Shown here one piece after another: positions 42,103 through 54,177 of a stretch of 64,000 nt of DNA (positions are counted from its first letter, which is position 1; every line of letters starts with the position of its first letter). The notes beneath the pieces were generated by a model that ran no database searches, was not told the origin of the DNA, and was given only the letters and a program-made list of their open reading frames with translations. The translations under genes were made by a program, and so were the position numbers. This DNA comes from Gammaproteobacteria bacterium (GTDB lineage Bacteria > Pseudomonadota > Gammaproteobacteria > UBA4575), in NCBI GenBank assembly GCA_965243395.1, contig CBDEUS010000002.1:378022-442021 (forward strand), written 5' to 3'.

Positions 42103-43179
42103 TTGGCGCTGAAAACACTCCTGGTTCAAAACCTAAGGATTATTCAACAACTCGAAATTTCTCTGGCAGCTGATGCCAATTTATTTGTTGGCGAGAATGG
42201 CGCAGGTAAAACCAGTATTCTTGAAGCGATTGATATCCTCAGTCGCGGGCGTTCATTTCGGGAACGGCGCACCCAGGCTTTGCTACGAAAAGACAGTAAT
42301 GATCTAGTTATAAGCAGCGCCTTAATTCCTGCTGGCGAGGAAATTTATCTAGGAATCCAGAAGTCTGCAAGACAAACCCTCCTTCATTTGAACCAGGAAA
42401 AGGTAAGCTCGATTTCCACCCATGCGAGTTATTTACCTGTTGTTAGCCTGCATCCAGATTCACATCGACTGATTCAGGGTGGCGGAAAGTATCGTAGAAA
42501 ATATATGGATTGGTCAGCGTTTCACGTGGAACCTTCTTTTCTTCAATACTGGCGTAACTACAGCAAATGTTTAAAACAGCGCAATCAAGCCCTACGCGAT
42601 CAATGTACAGCAGAAGAATTGTCCGTATGGACTGGAGAATTGAACGAATATGCCAACTCTGTAGATCGCGTAAGATCGGAACTTTTTGCGCAACTTAATC
42701 GCTTAATCGACGAATATAGTAGTAAATTGATGCCAGAAGCGGAAGTTAATATCAGCTACTACCGTGGTTGGCCAGAGGAATTAGTACTAGAAGATGCGCT
42801 ACGGGAAGCTCTTGCTCAAGAACGACACATAAAAACCACTCGCTTAGGACCTCATCGCGCGGATCTTAGGTTGTTCCTAAATGGGCAAGAGGCTGCGGCG
42901 GCAGCTTCTAGAGGCCAGCAAAAACTATTAGCAGCTTGTCTCTTACTTGCCCAGATCAAGCACATCCAGCAAACCCGCTCTCAAAAGTGTGTTGTGTTGC
43001 TAGACGACATCAGAGCCGAATTGGATCAAGAGCATGCTCATGCGCTACTGACTGCCTTGCAAGAGCTTGGCTGTCAGGTGTTTATTACCGCAATCGATCA
43101 GGAGCAAAATGATCTGACCGGGTGGCAAGATGTAAAGGTGTTTCACGTGAAACAAGGCGTTTGTAAAGCAATGAAGTAA
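42103..43179 (+). CDS. recF: DNA replication and repair protein RecF
   Basis: Walker A GENGAGKTS. Synteny. TTG start. Confidence 0.95.
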   Translation: MALKTLLVQNLRIIQQLEISLAADANLFVGENGAGKTSILEAIDILSRGRSFRERRTQALLRKDSNDLVISSALIPAGEEIYLGIQKSARQTLLHLNQEKVSSISTHASYLPVVSLHPDSHRLIQGGGKYRRKYMDWSAFHVEPSFLQYWRNYSKCLKQRNQALRDQCTAEELSVWTGELNEYANSVDRVRSELFAQLNRLIDEYSSKLMPEAEVNISYYRGWPEELVLEDALREALAQERHIKTTRLGPHRADLRLFLNGQEAAAAASRGQQKLLAACLLLAQIKHIQQTRSQKCVVLLDDIRAELDQEHAHALLTALQELGCQVFITAIDQEQNDLTGWQDVKVFHVKQGVCKAMK

Positions 43180-43233
43180 ATAATAAAAATTCATTTATTA
43201 AGCAAGGATTTGCAAGCCCTCAACGCTTAGGCT

Positions 43234-43242
43234 TGGTATAAT
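43234..43242 (+). promoter_or_regulatory. putative extended -10 promoter element upstream of gyrB
   Basis: TGGTATAAT (TGnTATAAT) 31 nt upstream of the gyrB ATG. No good -35 element seen. Confidence 0.3.
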
Positions 43243-43266
43243 ATGCGACTTATAAATTAACGCTGA

Positions 43267-45729
<2,463 letters not shown>

Positions 45730-45884
45730 TGAAGAATAAAAAACACTAAATATTATTGAGTTAGTCAGAATTAAATAAGCATTGGTCCCCGTAGAACTAG
45801 TGTAGATAGTTGATTTTAAAGAAAATACCCCCATATTAGTTGATAAATAGCAAAGTATTTCAATCTAAAAACTAGGGAGCATAT

Positions 45885-46457
45885 ATGGGTATCGGTAGCA
45901 TCGTTTTTTTAGCCATCATTGTAGTTTTGGTTGGCTACTTCATCGTAATTTATAACAACCTAGTTAACTTAAAACATGCAGTAAGCAAAGCATGGTCAAA
46001 TATTGACGTGTTGTTAAAGCAACGTCACGATGAAATTCCAAAACTGGTTGAAGTGTGTAAGCAATACATGGGTTATGAACAAGAAACACTTACCAAAGTA
46101 ATGGAGGCCCGCACAAGAGTTTCAAATGCACAGCAATCTGGAGACATGAATGCACTCGGTTCTGCCGAAGGCATGTTGCGCATGGGTTTGGGTAATTTAT
46201 TTGCTGTTGCTGAAGAGTATCCAGAGCTGAAAGCTAATGAAACATTTAACCATTTACAACAACGTATTTCTGGTTTAGAGAATTCTATCGCTGATCGACG
46301 TGAATTTTATAATGAAAGCGTGAATCGCAATAATGTACGTATCGAACAGTTTCCTGACATTATTGTTGCTCGTGCTATGGCGTTTAAGGCTTTCGATCTG
46401 CTTGAGTTTGCTGAATCAGAAACTCAAGATGTAGATGTAAAAGCGTTGTTTACGTAG
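45885..46457 (+). CDS. lemA: LemA family protein
   Basis: N-terminal TM helix plus LemA motifs (YNNLVNLKHAVSKAWSNIDVLLKQRHDEIP, YNESVNRNNVRIEQFP). Confidence 0.88.
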   Translation: MGIGSIVFLAIIVVLVGYFIVIYNNLVNLKHAVSKAWSNIDVLLKQRHDEIPKLVEVCKQYMGYEQETLTKVMEARTRVSNAQQSGDMNALGSAEGMLRMGLGNLFAVAEEYPELKANETFNHLQQRISGLENSIADRREFYNESVNRNNVRIEQFPDIIVARAMAFKAFDLLEFAESETQDVDVKALFT

Positions 46458-46488
46458 TTAATAATTTTTTAACTTTTCCTTTCTACTA

Positions 46489-47406
46489 ATGCAGTTGGCA
46501 AATCACTTTAGTCAAGGTGATTGGTTTTTAATAACTGTTCTTATTATTGCTGCAATTGCCTGCTTGTTTGCGGCACTGCGCATGTTTCATCGCGCACGTT
46601 TAATTGAAGATATGCCTACTTCTAAAATTCGCTCTTGTCCGCAAGGTTATGTTGAACTTTTTGGAACCGCAAAGTGGATGGAGGGGCCTGAAATACAAGC
46701 TCCTTTAAGTGGATTACCCTGTGTTTGGTATTCATTTACGGTGGAAGAATACATTCCACAATCTAAACAAAAGTGGCGACGTATCAATAGCGGCGTGAGT
46801 GATCAGTTATTTTTACTTGAGGACGATACGGGCGCGTGTGTAGTAGACCCGGATGATGCAGAAGTAACACCCACATCAAGTACAACCTGGTATGGCAATG
46901 AGCGTATAGGCCCACGAACCCATACTTCACCATTAGACATTTTAACAAGCGCACTTATGCAATCCGGGCAGAAATACCGTTATACAGAAAAACGCATTGA
47001 TGTGTATGAATCTTTGTATGCAATAGGTGAGTTTTGTTCAATCGGCACGGATTATCGCCAAAGTATAAAAGAAGCTGTACTTGAAAAGTTGCGTGTTTTA
47101 AAACGAGATAAAGAAAAGCTTGCAACCTATGATAAGAATCAAGACGGTCAAATTGATGAAAACGAATGGCAACAAGCGCGGATTGATGCCAAGCAAGCTG
47201 CGGTGGAGGATCAATTAGCCAAACCTATGCCACAGCGCATGCATATGCTGAAAAAACCACAAACAAAAAAATATCAGCCTTTTTTACTCTCTACTAAATC
47301 AGAATCCCACATATCAAGAAATAACCGAATCTTTTCTGCAGGGCTGGCTTCTTTGTTTGTTTTGTTTATAACCAGCATCTTTTTAAAAATAACAGGTGTT
47401 TTCTAG
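46489..47406 (+). CDS. GIDE-domain membrane protein with an embedded EF-hand loop
   Basis: N-terminal TM helix. GIDE-like region (GYVELFGTAK..PLSGLPCVWYSFTVEE). Canonical 12-residue EF-hand loop DKNQDGQIDENE at nt 47131-47166. C-terminal TM helix. Directly downstream of lemA. Confidence 0.65.
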   Translation: MQLANHFSQGDWFLITVLIIAAIACLFAALRMFHRARLIEDMPTSKIRSCPQGYVELFGTAKWMEGPEIQAPLSGLPCVWYSFTVEEYIPQSKQKWRRINSGVSDQLFLLEDDTGACVVDPDDAEVTPTSSTTWYGNERIGPRTHTSPLDILTSALMQSGQKYRYTEKRIDVYESLYAIGEFCSIGTDYRQSIKEAVLEKLRVLKRDKEKLATYDKNQDGQIDENEWQQARIDAKQAAVEDQLAKPMPQRMHMLKKPQTKKYQPFLLSTKSESHISRNNRIFSAGLASLFVLFITSIFLKITGVF

Positions 47407-47461
47407 AGCTGTAAATAAAAAGACGTCTCAGTTGAATTAAGTTCAGGCATAATGCTTGGTT

Positions 47462-48109
47462 ATGCAAATAAAAGTTGTTTTAATTTTATTACTTATTCTT
47501 AGTACTCCTCTGTATGCCCAGGAGTTTGCATATGTAACGGATTCATTGCGACTGCGTTTATATACTGATGCTAACGACAGTAGTGATGTATTAGCTACGT
47601 TAGAAAGTGGCGATTCCGTTGAAGTGCTTGAAACTCTCGGCGGGTTTAGTCGAGTGATTACAAATGATGGTACTGAGGGATGGGTGAAATCGGCTTTTTT
47701 GGTAAGTGAGCCGCCAGCAAAATTATTGTATTACTCGGTTAGTGAACAAAATGAAGAATTACAAGCACAGCTCACGGAACTACAAAACAACTTGTCCGCA
47801 TCATCAACAACAAACAATGAAGCAGACAGTAAACTGATTGCAGAACTACAAACTGCATTGGCAAATGAACAAGAGCTTAATCAAAAACTGCAACAACAAA
47901 TCACAGATGTAGAACACAGTCAGGTTAATCAAACTACGAACCCACCTGTATCGGATCAATTATCGGCGAAAGCATTTCCCAGTTTTGAAAATAAAGTTTG
48001 GTTGATAGCAGGCATACCATTGCTACTAATAATCATAGGCTTTTTATTGGGCATGAAATTTTCAAACGGCCGCATGCGCAAGCGTTTACATGGTTTCACG
48101 CTTAAATAG
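47462..48109 (+). CDS. SH3-domain protein with coiled coil and C-terminal TM anchor (YgiM-like)
   Basis: Signal peptide. Bacterial SH3 segment (LRLYTDANDSSDVLATLESGDSVEVLE..GWVKSAFL). Q- and L-rich coiled coil. C-terminal TM helix. Confidence 0.7.
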   Translation: MQIKVVLILLLILSTPLYAQEFAYVTDSLRLRLYTDANDSSDVLATLESGDSVEVLETLGGFSRVITNDGTEGWVKSAFLVSEPPAKLLYYSVSEQNEELQAQLTELQNNLSASSTTNNEADSKLIAELQTALANEQELNQKLQQQITDVEHSQVNQTTNPPVSDQLSAKAFPSFENKVWLIAGIPLLLIIIGFLLGMKFSNGRMRKRLHGFTLK

Positions 48110-48119
48110 ATATTAATCA

Positions 48120-48884
48120 ATGAAAATAGCCTCTTGGAACGTAAATTCATTACGCGTGCGCTTACCGCAAGTGTTGGAATGGTTGCAAGATAATCCTGTG
48201 GATGTGTTGGCATTACAGGAAACTAAAATGGTCGATGAAGATTTCCCAGTGCAAGAAATCAATAAAGCCGGTTATCAGGTTCAGTATGCAGGGCAAAAGA
48301 CGTATAACGGTGTTGCTGTTCTTTCTAGATTGGATGGAACAGATGTAATTACTGATATACCTGGCTTGGATGACCCACAACGGCGAATTCTAGCGGTCAC
48401 GATTGATGATATACGCGTGCTGAACCTTTATGTAGTAAACGGCAAAGAAGTGGGCTCAGACAAATATGAATATAAGCTTGACTGGCTGAAGAAAGTGACT
48501 GCCTTCATCAAAAAAGAAATAGAAAAATACCCTAATTTCGTCGTATTAGGTGATTTTAATATTGCCCCGGAAGATGCCGATGTGCATGACCCGCTTGCTT
48601 GGAAAGATAAAGTGCTTTGTAGCGATAAGGAACGCCAAGCGCTCCAAGCCATTATTGATTTGGGGTTTGTTGATACATTCAGACTGTTTGATCAAGAGGA
48701 AAATACATTCAGCTGGTGGGATTACCGCGCCGCTGGATTTCGTCGTAACTTGGGTTTGCGTATCGATCTCATCTTGGCCAGTGCGGCACTGGAGGGAAAC
48801 TGCGCTTTTAGTGTGGTGGACAAAGCCCCTCGAAGTAATGAACGCCCCTCCGATCATGCCCCGGTGATGGCGGAGTTCATGTAG
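48120..48884 (+). CDS. xthA: exodeoxyribonuclease III
   Basis: ExoIII/APE1 catalytic motifs LQETK, GDFNIAP, RIDLIL and SDHAPV. Confidence 0.9.
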   Translation: MKIASWNVNSLRVRLPQVLEWLQDNPVDVLALQETKMVDEDFPVQEINKAGYQVQYAGQKTYNGVAVLSRLDGTDVITDIPGLDDPQRRILAVTIDDIRVLNLYVVNGKEVGSDKYEYKLDWLKKVTAFIKKEIEKYPNFVVLGDFNIAPEDADVHDPLAWKDKVLCSDKERQALQAIIDLGFVDTFRLFDQEENTFSWWDYRAAGFRRNLGLRIDLILASAALEGNCAFSVVDKAPRSNERPSDHAPVMAEFM

Positions 48885-49174
48885 CGATCAGCCGCGAATG
48901 TCTGATATGTTGTAGCCATAATACGCGAAAATCTAAAAAAGATGTAAAAAAGTTGCTTTTTGAATGCTAGATTTTAGGTATCTCAATGCTCCGTAGTCTA
49001 TGCCTTAACTTTTTTGTCAGCATACTCTGCAAACAATATCAGTGTTTTTGGTGTGATCTTGATTAGTTAGTTTCAATCCGTGTTTGCTGAATATAAAAAA
49101 GATTCGCACTTGGCATCCTTTGATAGTTAAGACAAACTTCGTTCTTCAAATCCACTAACGTGAGGTGTTAAAAA

Positions 49175-49813
49175 ATGCGCAACATTATGGTGATTAATTC
49201 AAAGGGTGGTTCAGGTAAGTCTACAGTGGCGACTAATTTGGCTTCCTATTTTGCTTCGCAGGGTAAAAGCGTAGTCATAATGGATTATGACCCACAAGGA
49301 AGCAGCATGTCTTGGTTAGAGGCCAGATCTTCCGCGAGACAACCCATTCAAGGAATTGCCGCATATAAAAAGAATGCCAAACGTCCTAGCCGTAAAACAG
49401 AATTTGTGATTCATGATGCTCCAGCTGGTAAGCATGGCGGTGAGTTGAGCAAGATGATAAATAAAGCTCAGACCATTCTGATTCCGGTTCTCCCTTCTCC
49501 CATTGATATGCGCGCCGTAATTGATTTCATTACAGAAATTAAAAAATCTGCACCGGTGCAACGTAAAAAAGCCAAGCTTGCATTGATAGCCAATCGCTCA
49601 CGTGATTACACCAACATATATTGGGAGCTGGATGACTTACTTAGCCGGCAACGCATTCCGTTTTTAACTATGCTGCGTGATAGTCAAAACTATATTAAAG
49701 CGGCTGAACGAGGACTGGGCATATTTGAAATGGCCCCTGCAGCCACCGAGCTTGACCGAGAAATGTGGGAGCCCATCATAAAGTGGGTGAAAAGTAGACG
49801 AAGTCGACCGTAA
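49175..49813 (+). CDS. orphan ParA/MinD-like P-loop ATPase (212 aa)
   Basis: RBS GAGGTG. Deviant Walker A NSKGGSGKST. No adjacent parB-like gene. Confidence 0.8.
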   Translation: MRNIMVINSKGGSGKSTVATNLASYFASQGKSVVIMDYDPQGSSMSWLEARSSARQPIQGIAAYKKNAKRPSRKTEFVIHDAPAGKHGGELSKMINKAQTILIPVLPSPIDMRAVIDFITEIKKSAPVQRKKAKLALIANRSRDYTNIYWELDDLLSRQRIPFLTMLRDSQNYIKAAERGLGIFEMAPAATELDREMWEPIIKWVKSRRSRP

Positions 49814-49888
49814 ACTTAATGGGCTAGTCATAATTGCTTGCCACACTTTCTTTATCGAAAATTACCAGAGAGTGTAGCCGTGAGATGT

Positions 49889-50422
49889 ATGTCCAAGTTA
49901 TTAAAATATATTTATACAATCGCAACATGCTTATTATGTGCGGCCACCATTTCTAGCTACTCAGTGTTTGCGGTTTCAGAATTAAGTCCTAACGATAAAG
50001 CAGATTACGTAGTTGTTAAAAAAACTGAGCGCAAGCTCTATCTTTATCGCGGCAGTGAAATTTTAAAAACTTATCGCATTGCACTTGGCAAACAACCCGA
50101 CGGCCATAAGATACGCGAAGGAGATTCACGTACCCCGGAAGGTCGTTACATTCTAGATTGGCGTAATCCAAATAGTAAATTTTATCGCTCGATTCATATT
50201 TCCTACCCGAGTAGAACTGATTTTCGTGATGCTCGTGAACGTGGTGACTCCCCGGGCGGTGCAATCATGATTCATGGCCAACCGACTAGCTGGGTAGAAA
50301 AAACAAAACTTTTATTTAATCAAGATGATTGGACCGAGGGCTGTATTGCAGTTCAAAACCATGAAATGGATGAGATTTGGAATGCAGTGGATGATGGAAC
50401 ACCAATTGAGATTATTCCTTGA
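49889..50422 (+). CDS. L,D-transpeptidase (YkuD) family protein
   Basis: Signal peptide. YkuD catalytic region IMIHGQP....DWTEGCIAV. I prefer the ATG at 49889 over the TTG at 49838. Confidence 0.8.
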   Translation: MSKLLKYIYTIATCLLCAATISSYSVFAVSELSPNDKADYVVVKKTERKLYLYRGSEILKTYRIALGKQPDGHKIREGDSRTPEGRYILDWRNPNSKFYRSIHISYPSRTDFRDARERGDSPGGAIMIHGQPTSWVEKTKLLFNQDDWTEGCIAVQNHEMDEIWNAVDDGTPIEIIP

Positions 50423-50489
50423 ACACATTTAAAAGTTTGATTTGAAATTCACAACCTCAATTTTTTAAATTATCGGACTCTAACCTGTA

Positions 50490-50536
50490 CGCGTCATCCA
50501 AGACGCGACTCTTGTTCGTACATCCCTGTACTCACT
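50490..50536 (-). repeat. 47-nt intergenic repeat, copy B (inverted relative to copy A)
   Basis: The reverse complement AGTGAGTACAGGGATGTACGAACAAGAGTCGCGTCTTGGATGACGCG matches 8964-9010 at 44 of 47 positions. It begins at the stop codon of the minus-strand gene 50535-51263. Confidence 0.85.
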
Positions 50537-51263
50537 ATTTAGCGAAAACTTTTTTAAGTAAATCAGTTGTGCGTGCAACCGGGTCGGTGCGTATCTTGGC
50601 TTCTTCAACAGCAAGATAGTGAAAGATGCCATCCATGCCTTTTTCAACCACGTAACTACTGAGATCCGATTTTACGTCCGGTACTAATGGTATTTTTTTG
50701 TATTGACCGATTGCGTTGTCATAACTTTGGATCGCTCCAGCTTCTGCAAGGCTGTCGTTTACAATCGGTGTGAATTCTTTTACTAGGTCAGGCGTCATTT
50801 TGGATTGAAAATAACGTGTTGCAGCATCATTTTCTCCAGCAAGTATATTTCGCGCGTCATCTAAAGTCATTGCTTGAATCGCATTCATAAATAACTCTTT
50901 AGCTTTAGGTGTGGCAATCTCCGCGGCACGATTTAAACGTAATTCTAAATCATCCAGCATGTCGCTCATGCCAACTTTTTCTAAAGAGGATTGCACTTTT
51001 TGCAGGCTATTTGGTAGAGGAATATGAATATTTGGATCTCCATTAAATCCATTGGTAGTACCCAATTGATTCACCACTAAGTCAGAGCCAACACGTAAAG
51101 CTTCTTTTAAGCCAGAAGCAATTTCACCATCGGTTAGATCGCTCGCGGAAGAGCTTACCCCTGAATCTTCTAATAATTCTTTGGCTTTATCGAACCAGCT
51201 TGCTTGTAAAGTTCCAGCTAGCAAAAATATTGAAACTGTAATTGCGGTTACTGTAAATTTCAT
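50535..51263 (-). CDS. DUF4197-like secreted protein
   Basis: Signal peptide. Motifs GEIASGLKEALRVGSD and a C-terminal DLLKKVF, as I recall for DUF4197. Confidence 0.55.
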   Translation of the reverse strand: MKFTVTAITVSIFLLAGTLQASWFDKAKELLEDSGVSSSASDLTDGEIASGLKEALRVGSDLVVNQLGTTNGFNGDPNIHIPLPNSLQKVQSSLEKVGMSDMLDDLELRLNRAAEIATPKAKELFMNAIQAMTLDDARNILAGENDAATRYFQSKMTPDLVKEFTPIVNDSLAEAGAIQSYDNAIGQYKKIPLVPDVKSDLSSYVVEKGMDGIFHYLAVEEAKIRTDPVARTTDLLKKVFAK

Positions 51264-51303
51264 GCGATCACCTAATTGTTATTATTGTTTTGATGTAACA
51301 AAA

Positions 51304-52677
51304 CTATTTTTGTTCAACAAACCCTAAATTTTCTTCCAAATTATGTCTATACCACAGATATATGGATAACAATATAGCAGGCACACCGAGTAAAGCGGCA
51401 TAAATAAAAAAGTCTATATAGCCATATGCATCAACTACTTTACCCGAAAATCCGCCTATTAATTTAGGGAAAAACACCATCAGAGAACTGAACAACGCAT
51501 ATTGTGTGGCAGTGTAAGCCCGGTTGGTTAAGCCAGATAAATAGGCGATAAAACTAGTACCAGCTATACCTCCGCTTAAATTATCTGCGCTGATAACCAT
51601 GATTAATGGAATTATTTTGGGCTCTTGTGTGGCCAACCACGCAAACACTAAATTAGTTAGCGCTACTAATAATGCTGAAATTATTAACATGCGCATTACC
51701 CCATAACGCATTACAAGCACACCACCCAGCAGCGCACCAAAAATCGTTACAAACAAACCAAAAGTTTTTGATGCCCACGCTATTTGGTGCTCGGTGTACT
51801 GCATATCGGCATAAAACGGACCGGACATCACCCCCATGGCAATATCACTCATACGAAATACACTAATAAAAGTAAGAATGATCAATGCAGCAACTAAGCT
51901 ATTGCGTGTAAAAAAATCCACAAAAGGACAAACGACTGCTCCTAAGAACCATGCGAAAAGCCTACGAAGCGGGGCTGGTAAAATTCCGTCGCGCGCTAAA
52001 AAACCCACTACACGTTCTTCATTGCGCCAGGTATCTTGCGAAATGTGTTGTTCAGGTTCGGAAATGAGAAGCGTTGTGAAGACGCCTATCAACATTGCAC
52101 AACCCATTACGGCATAAGCAATGTTCCAGCTATAGCTACCGGCAATGAAAAAGGCACCTGCGCCCGCCAATAACATACCTATGCGATAACCGAGTTGATA
52201 AGTTCCTGCCATGGCGCCTTGTTTGTTAACCGGAACTGATTCAATACGCCAAGCATCAATACTTATATCCTGAGTTGCAGAAGAAAATGCAACCAGTAAA
52301 GCAAACCACACTAAGAGTTGTAATTGAGAAGTGGGGTGGGTGTTAGCAATAGCTAATAAGCCAACAATCACGCCTATTTGTGCAAGCATCATCCAACTTC
52401 TGCGTTGTCCTAAAAAATTACCAAGCAAAGGTATTCTTAAACGATCAACTAATGGTGCCCACACAAACTTGAATCCATATAACAACGCAACCCAAGAAAT
52501 ATAACCAATCGTTGTGCGATCAATACCTTCTTTGCGCAACCAATATGACAAAGTACCAAATACTAATAAGAGTGGAAGGCCGGCTGAAAAACCTAAAAAA
52601 AGCATGGCTAAAACTTTTTTTTCTTTGTAAACGCTTAGCGCTTCTAGCCAGGTAATATTTGTATTTTTAGTGTTCAA
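51304..52677 (-). CDS. ampG: AmpG-family muropeptide/MFS permease
   Basis: LGFSAGLPLLLVFGTLSYWL and FKFVWAPLVDR match AmpG N-terminal motifs. TTG start overlaps the stop of the upstream ExoIII gene. Confidence 0.85.
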   Translation of the reverse strand: MNTKNTNITWLEALSVYKEKKVLAMLFLGFSAGLPLLLVFGTLSYWLRKEGIDRTTIGYISWVALLYGFKFVWAPLVDRLRIPLLGNFLGQRRSWMMLAQIGVIVGLLAIANTHPTSQLQLLVWFALLVAFSSATQDISIDAWRIESVPVNKQGAMAGTYQLGYRIGMLLAGAGAFFIAGSYSWNIAYAVMGCAMLIGVFTTLLISEPEQHISQDTWRNEERVVGFLARDGILPAPLRRLFAWFLGAVVCPFVDFFTRNSLVAALIILTFISVFRMSDIAMGVMSGPFYADMQYTEHQIAWASKTFGLFVTIFGALLGGVLVMRYGVMRMLIISALLVALTNLVFAWLATQEPKIIPLIMVISADNLSGGIAGTSFIAYLSGLTNRAYTATQYALFSSLMVFFPKLIGGFSGKVVDAYGYIDFFIYAALLGVPAILLSIYLWYRHNLEENLGFVEQK

Positions 52678-53450
52678 ACTTTTAAATCATAGTCAATTAA
52701 CAATGGAGCATGATCAGAAAAGCGTTCGGTTTTATAGATACTAGACTTTTTTGCGGTATTGTTTAGTTTTGGTGAAGCTATGTGGTAATCAATACGCCAC
52801 CCCACATTTTTTGCCCAGGCTTGTCCGCGATTAGACCACCATGTGTATTGATCTTCTTGTTGATTAAGTTCACGGAACACATCGATATACCCGACTTCAT
52901 CAAACAATGTATCCAACCATGCACGTTCTTCCGGCAGAAATCCGGAATTCTTCTGATTACCGCGCCAATTTTTTAAATCGATTTCTTTGTGGGCAATATT
53001 CCAATCTCCACATAGGATGTAATTCTTACGGCGGCGCTTTAGATTTTTCAAATGTTGCATGAAAGAATCCATGAAGCGAAATTTAGCTTGTTGGCGCTCT
53101 TCGCTAGAAGATCCTGAAGGAGCATATAATGAGACCACTGCAAGCTTATCGAATTGCAACTCTAAGTAACGACCCTCATCATCAAATTCTCGATCGCCGT
53201 AACTACGAACGACTTTTTGAGGCGCATGTTTACTATACACTGCAACGCCGCTATAGCCTTTTTTAATTGCATCTACATAATAGCAATGATAACCCTTAGG
53301 GAAATAAACCGGATCTTCTTCCAACTGGTGTATTTGGGCTTTGGTTTCCTGAACACATACTACGTCAGCTTTTTGTTTTTTTAACCAATCAAAAAACCCT
53401 TTACGCGCAGCCGCACGAATACCGTTAACATTAATCGTTATGATGCGCAT
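52674..53450 (-). CDS. exodeoxyribonuclease III-family protein, second paralog, in the position occupied by crc next to pyrE in Pseudomonas
   Basis: MRIITINVNG, VQETK, CGDWNIAH, WRIDY and SDHAP are retained. Divergent from pyrE. Confidence 0.85.
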   Translation of the reverse strand: MRIITINVNGIRAAARKGFFDWLKKQKADVVCVQETKAQIHQLEEDPVYFPKGYHCYYVDAIKKGYSGVAVYSKHAPQKVVRSYGDREFDDEGRYLELQFDKLAVVSLYAPSGSSSEERQQAKFRFMDSFMQHLKNLKRRRKNYILCGDWNIAHKEIDLKNWRGNQKNSGFLPEERAWLDTLFDEVGYIDVFRELNQQEDQYTWWSNRGQAWAKNVGWRIDYHIASPKLNNTAKKSSIYKTERFSDHAPLLIDYDLKV

Positions 53451-53523
53451 AGATGAAAACTGATTGGTCCAATTGCAGCTGGTTTTAGTACACTAGCAAA
53501 GATCAAATAAGAAAAGTATCTAT

Positions 53524-54177
53524 ATGAAAAATAGTTCTAAATTTATTCAATTTGCCATCCAGCAAGGTGTTTTACAATTTGGCGAGTTCACTCTTAAATC
53601 TGGAAGGATAAGCCCTTACTTCTTTAATGCTGGCTTATTTAACGACGGTCAAGCATTGGATCAATTAAGTCAATTTTACGCACAAGCCATCGTAGACTCA
53701 GAAATAAAATTCGATATGTTATTTGGTCCAGCTTATAAAGGCATTCCATTAGTGACTGCGGTTTCGATGACTTTAGCACGAGAGCACGGACGAAGTTATC
53801 CTTATGCATTTAATCGCAAAGAGAAAAAAACTTATGGAGATGGTGGACAGATTGTAGGGGCCCCTCTAGCAGGTAGAGTTTTGATCATTGATGATGTGAT
53901 TACTGCCGGTACCGCAATAAATGAAGCGACTGAGATCATTTCGAATCTAGATTCAAATGCGCAAGCTGTGGGTGTCATTATTGCTTTTGATCGACAAGAA
54001 ACGGGTCAGGACCATTCATTGTCGGCCGTACAGCAAGTGGAGCAGGATCTAAAGCTAAGCGTCGTAGCGGTGGCTCAAGTCAATGAACTTGTTGAATATG
54101 CAGAATCTAATCACTTATATGATGAGCATTTACCTGCATTGAAGAAATATCTGGATCAATACCAGATAAAACCATAA
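53524..54177 (+). CDS. pyrE: orotate phosphoribosyltransferase
   Basis: FGEFTLKSGRISPYFFN and PRPP motif VLIIDDVITAGTA. Confidence 0.95.
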   Translation: MKNSSKFIQFAIQQGVLQFGEFTLKSGRISPYFFNAGLFNDGQALDQLSQFYAQAIVDSEIKFDMLFGPAYKGIPLVTAVSMTLAREHGRSYPYAFNRKEKKTYGDGGQIVGAPLAGRVLIIDDVITAGTAINEATEIISNLDSNAQAVGVIIAFDRQETGQDHSLSAVQQVEQDLKLSVVAVAQVNELVEYAESNHLYDEHLPALKKYLDQYQIKP

